64,000 nt of DNA from an uncultured Alphaproteobacteria bacterium (lineage in GTDB: Bacteria > Pseudomonadota > Alphaproteobacteria > Rhizobiales > Xanthobacteraceae), in assembly GCA_963819265.1 (NCBI GenBank), contig CAWFVF010000003.1, positions 15,881 to 79,880 on the forward strand, in the 5' to 3' direction. Shown piece after piece: positions 1-8,779 of this stretch. Both the position numbers and the translations under genes were made by a program. Within the stretch, counting starts at the first letter, position 1. Each line of letters starts with the position of its first letter. The notes under the pieces were generated by a model. The model worked only from the letters and a program-made list of their open reading frames with translations, made no database searches and was not told the origin of the DNA.

Positions 1-1
1 A

Positions 2-393
2 CGCGGCCGAAGCGCAGCGATCCTTCTGGTCGACGATTCGGCTTTTTTCCGCGACACTCTTGGCGCCGCTGATCAAGGCGGCGGGCTATCAGGTCGTTGC
101 CGTCGACTCGGCCGCCGAGGCGCTGCGCGCGCTGAAATCCGGTACGCGGTTCGATCTTGTCGTGACCGATATCGAAATGCCCGACATGGACGGCTTCGGG
201 CTCGCCGAGGCGATGCGGGGCACACCCGGCACCGCGACCGTACCGATCATCGCGCTCGCCACCATGGTTTCCAACGATGCCATCGAGCGCGGACGCGCCG
301 TCGGCTTCCACGATTTCGTCGCCAAGTTCGACCGGCGCGGGATTGATTGCCGCGATCAAGGAGCAGGGCGCCGAGATCGAGCGGGCAGCGTGA
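2..393 (+). pseudogene. Receiver (REC) domain at the C-terminus of a CheA-type hybrid kinase (or CheY-like protein). The 5' end is cut by the window edge. Two +1 frame breaks at ~62 and ~339.
   Basis: ILLVDDSAFFRDTL | APLIKAAGYQVV..DLVVTDIEMPDMDGF..VPIIALAT..FVAKFDRRG | LIAAIKEQGAEIERAA* is a canonical REC domain but needs three frames. It lies directly upstream of cheW. Confidence 0.7.
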
Positions 394-395
394 CG

Positions 396-864
396 ATGAT
401 GAACGAAACAGACAACCTCGCCGAATACGTCACCTTCACCGCCGGCGGACAGATGTTCGGTCTGCCGATCGAGCGTGTGCAGGACGTCTTTCGGCTGGCC
501 AATGTCACCCGCGTTCCGCTCGCCGGTGCCGGAGATCGCAGGCGTGCTCAATCTGCGCGGCCGGATCGTGACCGCGATTAATCTGTGCAACCGGCTCGGC
601 TTGGAAGCCCGCAGCCGATCCACGGCTCCGTCGGTGCCGATGGCGATCGGCATCGAGATGGGCGCCGAATCGTTCGGTCTCGTGGTCGACAGCGTCGGCG
701 AAGTGCTCAAACTGCCGGCCGCCGATCTCGAGCCCAATCCGATCAATCTCGACCGCAATCTGGCGCGCGTATCGTCCGGGGTATTCCGGCTCGACGGGCA
801 GCTTCTTGTCGCGCTCGACATCGACCGGGTGCTGGACCTCGGCGTTGAGGCGGCGGCGGCATGA
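396..864 (+). pseudogene. cheW: Chemotaxis coupling protein CheW, one +1 frame break at ~522
   Basis: MNETDNLAEYVTFTAGGQMFGLPIERVQDVF..VTRVPL | PVPEIAGVLNLRGRIVTAINL..VFRLDGQLLVALDID. CheW-like domain in che operon context. The ATG follows the upstream stop by 2 nt. Confidence 0.85.
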
Positions 865-922
865 ACGATATGGATGCCAAGGGACGGAAATTGCGGCGGC
901 TACGCCGCGGAGTGAGGAAGCG

Positions 923-1289
923 ATGAAAACGTGTTTGATAGTCGACAACTCCAGCGTCATCCGAAAGGTGGCGCGGCGTATTCTCGAAGGACTCGAATTC
1001 CAGATCGTGGAAGCCGAGAACGGCGAGGAGGCGATCGAAATCGTGCCGGGCGCAATTGCCCGACGCCATCCTGCTCGACTGGAACATGCCGAAGATGGAC
1101 GGCTATGATTTCCTTCGGGTGCTGCGCAGGCTGCCCGGCGGCGACCGGCCGAAAGTGGTGTTCTGCACCACCGAAAACGACGTCGCCCACATCGCGCGTG
1201 CGCTCCATGCCGGCGCCAACGAATACATCATGAAGCCGTTCGACAAGGATATTGTCGAAGCCAAATTTCAGGAAGTCGGTCTGATCTAA
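923..1289 (+). pseudogene. cheY: Single-domain response regulator CheY, one +1 frame break at ~1046
   Basis: MKTCLIVDNSSVIRKVARRILE..EEAIEIV | RAQLPDAILLDWNMPKMDGYDFL..ANEYIMKPFDKD. REC domain spread over two frames. Confidence 0.85.
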
Positions 1290-1361
1290 GTCGGCGCCGC
1301 GTCGCGTTGTCGAAGTAAATAAGTCGAGTGTTTGAGGCCGAGTACCCGAAGTGCGCGCATC

Positions 1362-2544
1362 ATGAGTAGCGTTCTCGCCGCCGCGATCTCCGCATCCCCC
1401 GCTGAAGCGCCCATTCGCGTCATGGTCGTCGATGACGCCGTGGTGGTGCGCAGCCTGTTGGCACGCTGGGTCGACGGCGAGCCCGATATGCGGGTCGATG
1501 GCGTCGCTGCAGAACGGGCGCGAGGCGGTGGCCCGGATCGACCAAGGCGATGTCGATGTCGTGGTTCTCGACATCGACATGCCGGAACTGGACGGCATCT
1601 CGGCGCTGCCGCTGCTTTTGCAAAAAAAGCGCGATCTCGTTGTCATCATGGTGTCGACCTTCACCCGCCGCAGCGCCGAGATCAGCTTGCGGGCGCTGGC
1701 ACTGGGCGCCGCCGATTACATTCCGAAGCCCGAGACGGCCCGCGAGGCCACCACTTCGGTCGAGTTCCGGCGCGAACTGATCGAGAAGATTCGCACCTTG
1801 GGCCGCCATCGCTCATCGCGCGGCTTGGCCCGTGTTGCCGCGCCGGGAATTGTGCCGTCGCAGCCGGGCAGGCAGGCGCCGGCGCCGCGCGGCCGCAAAG
1901 GCGCACAATTCGCGTCCGAAACCGGCGCGGTTCAATTGCGTCCGTTTGCGCTCACGCCGCCGCGCGCGCTGTTGATCGGCTCGTCGACCGGCGGACCGCA
2001 AGCGCTTACCGTTTTGGTCGAGAAGCTCCCGGCCGCGGTGGACCGGGCGCCGCTCCTGATCACCCAGCACATGCCGCCGACATTTACGACCGTGCTGGCC
2101 GAACATTTGTCGCGCATCGGGGGCCGCGGCGCGCATGAAGCCGAAGACGGCGAACCGGTACTTGCCGGCGGCATTTACGTGGCGCCGGGCGGCCGACACA
2201 TGCGGGTGGTCCGCGCTTCGGACGGCGGCGTCAAAATTGCACTCGGTGACGATCCGCCGATCAATTACTGCAAGCCCGCGGTGGACGCGCTGTTCACCTC
2301 CGCCGCGGCGGTCTGGGGTGCGGCGAGCCTTGGTCTGGTGCTGACCGGCATGGGTGCCGACGGCACGCGCGGCGCCGCCGATATCGTCGCGGCCGGCGGC
2401 AGCGTGATCGCCCAGGATGAGGCGAGTTCGGTGGTCTGGGGAATGCCGCGCTCGGTCGCGCAGGCAGGCCTGTGCTCCGCGGTTCTGCCGCTCGATAAAA
2501 TTGCGCCAAAAATCATTCGGCTGTTTTCGGGGGACCGGTCTTGA
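1362..2544 (+). pseudogene. cheB: Protein-glutamate methylesterase CheB, one +1 frame break at ~1498
   Basis: N-terminal REC ([16 protein letters not shown] .. [12 protein letters not shown]) plus methylesterase domain ([30 protein letters not shown]). Confidence 0.9.
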
Positions 2545-3420
2545 TTCACGACGATTACGAGTTCCTGCGCAGGCGTCTTCGGGAACGATCGGGTCTCGTC
2601 CTGTCGGCCGATAAGCAATATTTGGTCGAGAGCAGGCTGCTGCCCGTGGTGCGCAGATCGGGTCTCGGCAGTCTCGGCGAACTTGTCGCCGCGCTCAGGA
2701 CGGCGCCTGAAGGTGCGCTGGCGACCGCGGTGGTCGAGGCGATGACGACCAACGAGTCGTTTTTCTTCCGTGACAAGACGCCGTTCGAGCATTTCCGGCA
2801 GACCATCATGCCGGCGTTGACGGCGGCGCGTCGGGCGTCGCGCAGCATCCGCATCTGGTGCGCTGCGGCTTCCACCGGTCAGGAGCCCTATTCGCTGGCG
2901 ATGTGCCTCAAAGAAATGGGTCGAGATATCGCCGGCTGGCATATCGAGATTATCGCCACCGATCTTTCCGGCGAAGTCCTGGAGAAGGCGCGGGCCGGGC
3001 TTTACACCCAGTTCGAAGTGCAACGCGGCCTGCCGATTCAGCTTCTGATCAAGTATTTCGCGCAGACCGGCGAACTGTGGCAGATCGCGCCGGACATTCG
3101 CAGCATGGTGAAATACCGGCAGCTCAATCTGCTGCACGATTTCTCCCAGCTCGGTCCCTTCGATGTCATCTTCTGCCGCAACGTGCTGATCTATTTCGAT
3201 CAAGACACCAAGACCGAGTGTGCTCAACCGGATGGCGTCGCTCACCGCCGCCGACGGCTATCTGGTTCTCGGTGCGGCCGAAACCGTGGTCGGACTGACC
3301 GACCGCTTCAAAATGGCCCCCGACAAACGCGGTCTCTACATGCCGAACCTGACGCCGTGCGCCGCGCCGATCCCGGTCAGGAGCGTTCCGCGTCTGGTTG
3401 CGATCGGCGGCGGCCGTTGA
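2541..3420 (+). pseudogene. cheR: Chemotaxis protein methyltransferase CheR, one +1 frame break at ~3217
   Basis: ESFFFRD, RIWCAAASTGQEPYSLAM, FCRNVLIYFD | VLNRMASLTAADGYLVLG. TTG start overlaps the cheB stop. Confidence 0.9.
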
Positions 3421-3437
3421 TACGCCGGTCCAGCCAA

Positions 3438-3470
3438 TAAAAAAACCCCGGCCAAGGCCGGGGTTTTGAT
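3438..3470. terminator. Bidirectional intrinsic terminator between convergent cheR and ctrA
   Basis: A-run, then CCCCGGCC aa GGCCGGGG stem, then T-run (aaaaaaaccccggccaaggccggggtttt). Confidence 0.85.
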
Positions 3471-3492
3471 TTTCGGAAGACGGCGCGGAACG

Positions 3493-4194
3493 TTACGCCG
3501 GTATCTTGACCTCGTCATCGGCCGGCTCGCGCAGCACGTAGCCGCGGCCCCACACCGTTTCGATGTAGTTCTTGCCGCTCGAGGCATTGGCGAGTTTCTT
3601 GCGGAGCTTGCAGATGAAGACGTCGATGATCTTCAGCTCCGGCTCATCCATGCCGCCATAAAGGTGATTGAGGAACATTTCCTTGGTCAGCGTCGTGCCC
3701 TTGCGCAGGCTCAGGAGCTCCAGCATCTGGTACTCCTTGCCGGTGAGATGCACGCGGGCGCTGCTCACCTCGACTGTCTTGGTGTCGAGATTGACGCAAA
3801 GGTCGCCGGTATTGATGACCGACTGCGCGTGGCCCTTGGAGCGGCGCACGATGGCGTGGATGCGCGCCACCAGCTCGTCCTTGTGGAAGGGCTTGGTCAT
3901 ATAGTCGTCGGCGCCGAAGCCGAGACCCCGCACCTTATCCTCAATTCCAGCTAGCCCCGAGAGGATCAGGATCGGCGTCTTCACCTTCGAAACCCGAAGG
4001 CTGCGAAGCACCTCGAAGCCCGACATATCCGGCAGATTCAGATCGAGCAGGATGATGTCGTAGTCATAGATCTTGCCAAGATCGATGCCTTCTTCACCGA
4101 GGTCTGTCGTATAGACATTGAAGCTCTCGGATTTGAGCATCAACTCGATCGATTGCGCGGTGGCGCTATCGTCTTCAATTAGCAATACGCGCAT
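3493..4194 (-). CDS. ctrA: Cell-cycle response regulator CtrA (OmpR family)
   Basis: [61 protein letters not shown]..winged-helix C-terminus. Unmistakable CtrA sequence. An upstream in-frame ATG at 4215 is also possible. Confidence 0.95.
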   Translation of the reverse strand: MRVLLIEDDSATAQSIELMLKSESFNVYTTDLGEEGIDLGKIYDYDIILLDLNLPDMSGFEVLRSLRVSKVKTPILILSGLAGIEDKVRGLGFGADDYMTKPFHKDELVARIHAIVRRSKGHAQSVINTGDLCVNLDTKTVEVSSARVHLTGKEYQMLELLSLRKGTTLTKEMFLNHLYGGMDEPELKIIDVFICKLRKKLANASSGKNYIETVWGRGYVLREPADDEVKIPA

Positions 4195-4273
4195 GCCAGT
4201 CCCCTTCTTCGCCACACGGGCTCAAGGTCGGCGCGCCGCTGCGGCGGCCTCTGGAAAACGCCCTCTACAAACT

Positions 4274-4590
4274 GATTCGGAACAATACCCAGGCTATGGT
4301 TAACAAAACCTGATTCCGTCGCGCAAGCTCCGAATAGGCAAATTCTTACGAATCGCCTTAAGATATTGCGAGATAGCGGTTTTTTAGCCACGTCCACGTT
4401 CATGTATCAGTTTAAGTACCGGCGGTAACCGATTCATCCGACTCGACCGTCCCATTCTGGGGTGGGCGAGCTTGCCCTTGGCCCTAAGGACAACTGCGCA
4501 ATGATTAACGGCCCGGGTAAACAAGCGATTAAGATCGTGTCGCGGGGAGTAACCATTATTTTTCCCTCACCGACGCCGAATCGCGGATTC
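4274..4590. promoter_or_regulatory. ctrA / fliI divergent control region with seven GANTC (CcrM) sites and one TTAACCAT CtrA 8-mer
   Basis: GANTC at 4274, 4312, 4350, 4431, 4440, 4578 and 4586. ATGGTTAA at 4296-4303 is TTAACCAT on the ctrA strand. Confidence 0.5.
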
Positions 4591-4607
4591 TGGGGCGGGG
4601 AAAGCCG

Positions 4608-5925
4608 ATGAAGGCGCTCGCCGAACAGATCAATGAACTCGACGGCATCGAGATCTATGGCCGTGTCGTCGGCGTTCGCGGCCTGATGGTCGAGGTCGCC
4701 GGTCCGCTGCACGCGATGTCGGTCGGCGCTCGTGTCGTTATCGAAACCCCGGGGGTGAATATCCCGTGCGAGGTCGTCGGCTTCTCCGGCGTTAACGCGC
4801 TGCTGATGCCGTTCGCGCCGCTCGAAGGCGTGCGGCGTGGTTGCCGGGCGCTGGTCACCGGGGTGGCCGGCGCGGTGCGGCCGTCGGCCGGATGGCTCGG
4901 CCGCGTCGTCAACGCTCTGGGCGAGCCGATCGACGGCAAGGGCGCCTTGCTCCTGGGACCATCGCCTTATCCGTTCCGCAACACGCCGCCGCTGGCGCAT
5001 GCGCGCCGCCGGGTCGGCGCACCGCTCGACCTCGGGGTGCGCACGCTCAATACCTTCATCACCTGCTGCCGCGGCCAGCGAATGGGCATTTTCTCCGGCT
5101 CCGGCGTCGGCAAATCGGTGCTGCTGTCGATGCTGGCGCGCAATGTCGCCGCCGACGTCACCGTAATCGGGCTGATCGGCGAACGCGGCCGCGAGGTACA
5201 GGAGTTCCTGCAGGACGATCTCGGCGATGCCGGTCTTGCCCGCTCAGTGGTCGTGGTATCGACTTCCGACGAGCCGGCACTGATGCGCCGCCAGGCGGCC
5301 CACGAGACGCTCGCCATCGCCGAATATTTCCGCGACGAGGGCAAAGACGTGTTGGTGCTGATGGATTCGGTAACGCGCTTTGCCATGGCGCAGCGCGAGA
5401 TCGGACTATCCGCCGGCGAACCGCCGACCGCCAAGGGCTATACGCCGACGGTATTCACCGAACTGCCGCGGCTGCTGGAGCGGGCCGGGCCCGGCACCGA
5501 CCAAGGCACCATCACCGGCATCTTCACCGTTCTGGTCGACGGCGACGACCATAATGAGCCGATCGCCGACGCGGTGCGCGGCATTCTCGACGGCCATATC
5601 GTCATGGAGCGCGTCCATCGCCGAGCGCGGCCGCTACCCGGCCATCAATGTGCTCAAATCGATCTCGCGCACCATGCCGCGGGCGGCCGATCCGGCCTAT
5701 CTGCCGGCCATCAACCGGGCGCGGCAGATCATGGCGACCTATGCGGATATGGAGGAACTGATCCGGCTCGGGGCCTACCGCGCCGGTACCAGCGCCGAGG
5801 TCGACGAGGCCATCCGGCTGCACAAGCCGCTCGAGGACTTTCTGGCCCAAGGTAAGGAAGAAGCAACCAGCCTGGCCGAAGGATATCGCCGATTGGCGCA
5901 GATTACGGCCGGCGCGGAAACCTAA
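4608..5925 (+). pseudogene. fliI: Flagellum-specific ATPase FliI, one +1 frame break at ~5613
   Basis: Walker [42 protein letters not shown] | [19 protein letters not shown]. Confidence 0.92.
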
Positions 5926-6008
5926 CGCTAACGTTATCGTGCCACGATCTCGCCTTCGGGGGCCCGTGGCCCCCGAGGTTGTGGCTTGGCTTCGGGGGGT
6001 AGTAGTCG

Positions 6009-6428
6009 ATGAAGTCCCGTGAGACGCTTATTCGCCTGAAGAAATTTCAGGTCGACGAGAAGCGGCGCAAAGTCGCTCAGATCGAAACCATGATCGCCGA
6101 ATTCGAGCGCATGGCGGCCGATCTCGAGCGCGAAATCCGCGTCGAGCAGGATCGCGCCGGCATCCACGATCCCGGCCATTTCGCCTATCCGACCTACGCC
6201 AAGGCCGCGATTGCTCGCCGCGAAAACCTCAAGCGTTCCGCCGACGAACTGCGCATCCAGCTCGACGACGCCAAATCGGCGCTCGGCGAGGCTTTCGACG
6301 ACCTCAAAAAGGTCGAACTGCTCGACGAGCGCGACCAGATGCGCGAACGCGAGGCGGAAAGCGCCGCCGAGCAGGCCGAGCTCGACGGTATCGCGCTGTT
6401 GCGCGCGCGCGGCATCGCGCCGGCGTAA
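6009..6428 (+). CDS. fliJ: Flagellar export chaperone FliJ-like coiled-coil protein
   Basis: 139-aa charged coiled-coil protein (RLKKFQVDEKRRKVAQIETMIAEFERM) immediately after fliI. Confidence 0.7.
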   Translation: MKSRETLIRLKKFQVDEKRRKVAQIETMIAEFERMAADLEREIRVEQDRAGIHDPGHFAYPTYAKAAIARRENLKRSADELRIQLDDAKSALGEAFDDLKKVELLDERDQMREREAESAAEQAELDGIALLRARGIAPA

Positions 6429-6618
6429 GCCCCCGACAGCCGAGCTGCCGGCTTCCCGCTGGAACTCCCGCTTTTGCGGGAGCGAATGCAAAGCTGTGCC
6501 AAAATGTGACGCATTTAGCGTCACTTCGTTCGATCAACCCCTGTATTCGCTCTCGACGAAACCCAGGCTCCGCGGCGATAATCGGCGAGGGTGAGACCCC
6601 AGGGTTTCAGGGGCGTCG

Positions 6619-7170
6619 ATGTTGGTACAGTCCGAATTGATTTGGCTGCTTGGTGCCGTCGCTCAGGGCGATGAGGCCGCGTTCGAGCGCCTATACGCTG
6701 CGACGCGCGCGAAACTCTATGGGGTGCTGCTCCGTATCTTAGGCAGACCGGCCTTGGCCGAAGAGGTCATGCAGGAAACCTATCTTAAGGTGTGGAAAAT
6801 GGCGGCCCATTTCGACCCCGCGATCGCCAGCCCCATTACCTGGATGGTGGCGATGGCCCGCAACCGCGCCATCGATATCGTGCGCAAGCGCGGCGATCTT
6901 TCGATCGAGGATGAACCGGAAGCGCTCGAGGTCGCCGCCGAGGCGCCGCCGCCGCTCGCCCGGCGGGAAATGAACGAGGAACTCCGGCGGCTGTTGTCCT
7001 GCCTCGGCAAGCTCGATCCGGAAAAGCAGCGCATCGTGCTGCTCGCCTATTACAGCGGCTGGAGCCGCGATCAATTGGCGGCGAAACTCGACATTCCGGT
7101 GAACACAATCAAGACCTGGCTTCGCCGCAGTCTGCTCGAAATTCGTGAGTGTATGGGTGCGAGAAGCTGA
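6619..7170 (+). CDS. ECF-type RNA polymerase sigma factor
   Basis: Sigma-70 region 2 (EEVMQETYLKVW..WMVAMARNRAIDIVR) and region 4 (LAYYSGWSRDQLAAKLDIPVNTIKTWLRR). Confidence 0.9.
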   Translation: MLVQSELIWLLGAVAQGDEAAFERLYAATRAKLYGVLLRILGRPALAEEVMQETYLKVWKMAAHFDPAIASPITWMVAMARNRAIDIVRKRGDLSIEDEPEALEVAAEAPPPLARREMNEELRRLLSCLGKLDPEKQRIVLLAYYSGWSRDQLAAKLDIPVNTIKTWLRRSLLEIRECMGARS

Positions 7171-7192
7171 TTCCGACGAGAGATCTGTGACG

Positions 7193-8338
7193 ATGTATGA
7201 CGACGACCGCGATGCTCTAGCTGCCGAATACGTTCTGGGGACGCTCGCCGCCGACGAGCGCGAACAGGCCGAGGCGCTGCTCGTCATCGATCCGGGCTTC
7301 GCCGAGATCGTGCGGGTGTGGGAACGCCGGCTGGGCGAACTCAACGTCATGGTCGAAGCGGTCGATCCGCCGCCTGATCTCTGGGACAAAATCCGCAGCG
7401 AAATCGAGACCCAGCCGCACGAGCCGGCCCCCATTGAAGCCGCCGAGCCGCCATTCGAGCACGCCTCGCCGGAGATCGCGCCGGAGGCGCATCCCGAAGC
7501 CGATCCCGCGCCGGAGCCGTTCTTCGACACGGTGCCGGAGGCTTTGTCCGAGGCGCCGCAGGATTTGGACGAATTGAACCCGCCGCGGGATCTGGATGAG
7601 GTGAGCGTTCCGCAAGACCTGGATGAACTCAATCCGCCGCGGGATTTGGACGAGCCGGCGCCGAACGTGGACGACGCATCGCTGGTCGATGCCTTGGCGT
7701 CGAGCCTGCTGGAGCCGGAACACGAACAACAGGAACCGGAGGTGGCCGCCGAAACGCTGTTGCCGCCCGAGTTGCCGCCCACGGCGCCGCCGCCCGCCGA
7801 GCGCACCGCCGAAATCATCAGATTGCGCCGGGGTGTTCGCCGCTGGCGCGGCGTTACCGGCCTTATGACTGCGATTGCCGCGGTACTGGCGCTGTTCGTT
7901 GCCGTGACCCAATTCGCGCCGGGCCTTATCCCGATGCCCCGGCAGCCGCAGCCGATCGCCGCGCTACCGCCGGCGCCCGGCGCCCGGCTGACCGCCGTGT
8001 TGAAACAGGAGCCGACCGCGCCGGCCTTCCTGCTCACGGTCGATCCGCAAAACAAGAGCTTCACGGTACGCACCGTTTCGGCAACGCCTGAAGCCGGCCG
8101 CAGCTATCAGCTCTGGCTGATCGCAGGCAAAAATGCGGGGCCGCGTTCGCTGGGGCTGGTCGGCGGCGAGGAATTCACCACCCGCCCGCTGCCGGCGGGC
8201 TTCGACGTCGCCACCATCAGAACGGCGGACTATGCGGTATCGCTCGAACCTGCCGGCGGCTCGCCGACCGGCGCGCCGACCGGGCCGATCCTGTTTACCG
8301 GCAAAATGTTCGAATCCGTGCCTGGCTCGCCGAGCTGA
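7193..8338 (+). CDS. Anti-sigma factor, RskA-like (anti-sigma-K C-terminal domain) with an acidic repeat linker and one TM segment
   Basis: N-terminal LAAEYVLGTLAADEREQAE.., TM GLMTAIAAVLALFVAV, C-terminal YQLWLI..GPRSLGLV..YAVSLEPAGGSPTGAPTGPILF. Follows its sigma gene. Start is ATG 7193 or GTG 7187. Confidence 0.8.
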   Translation: MYDDDRDALAAEYVLGTLAADEREQAEALLVIDPGFAEIVRVWERRLGELNVMVEAVDPPPDLWDKIRSEIETQPHEPAPIEAAEPPFEHASPEIAPEAHPEADPAPEPFFDTVPEALSEAPQDLDELNPPRDLDEVSVPQDLDELNPPRDLDEPAPNVDDASLVDALASSLLEPEHEQQEPEVAAETLLPPELPPTAPPPAERTAEIIRLRRGVRRWRGVTGLMTAIAAVLALFVAVTQFAPGLIPMPRQPQPIAALPPAPGARLTAVLKQEPTAPAFLLTVDPQNKSFTVRTVSATPEAGRSYQLWLIAGKNAGPRSLGLVGGEEFTTRPLPAGFDVATIRTADYAVSLEPAGGSPTGAPTGPILFTGKMFESVPGSPS

Positions 8339-8355
8339 ACCCTGAAAACGCAAAT

Positions 8356-8374
8356 GGCCGGGTCGAACCCGGCC
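8356..8374. terminator. Hairpin terminator between convergent genes
   Basis: GGCCGGGT cga ACCCGGCC. T-rich tract follows on the minus strand (atttgcgttttc). Confidence 0.6.
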
Positions 8375-8404
8375 AAATCACGATTTCACATTTGACGAGT
8401 GAGG

Positions 8405-8599
8405 TTAGCGAATGTCCGGAAGCCGGCCGCTCATCGTCGTCGGCTGGCCGGCTTTGACCAGCGCTGCGGTGCCGAGATCGAGGTCGCTGCCGATGTGAGC
8501 AAACAAGCCCACCGCCGCAACCACGGTCGCGCAAAGCAGACCGATAACGACGATCTTCAGATGAGTGCCGCGGTCGGCGCTGTACATCGAATGGTTCAT
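8405..8599 (-). CDS. Small hypothetical membrane protein (64 aa)
   Basis: GGGAGG Shine-Dalgarno 6 nt before the ATG. One TM helix (LKIVVIGLLCATVVAAVGLF). Terminator downstream. Confidence 0.55.
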   Translation of the reverse strand: MNHSMYSADRGTHLKIVVIGLLCATVVAAVGLFAHIGSDLDLGTAALVKAGQPTTMSGRLPDIR

Positions 8600-8779
8600 T
8601 TCAGCCTCCCGTTTTGCCTGTTAGTCGCAGCAAACCGGTAAAAGGGTTCACGCCCATTAACTGATTAGCTAAGTATCCGTTCCGCTTAAGGAACCCGTCT
8701 TCACCGTTCGGTGATGTCCCGTGATAACGAGTGATCGGGAGGTTGGTTCCTGGACCGTCCGGCCGTTTTGTCCAGGAAA

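Noticed and set aside
6461-6486. ECF-like promoter GGAAC-N17-CGAAT upstream of the first ECF sigma gene
   Set aside because: The same bases form the fliJ terminator hairpin (CTCCCGC tttt GCGGGAG). The -10 is non-consensus and lies 130 nt from the start codon.
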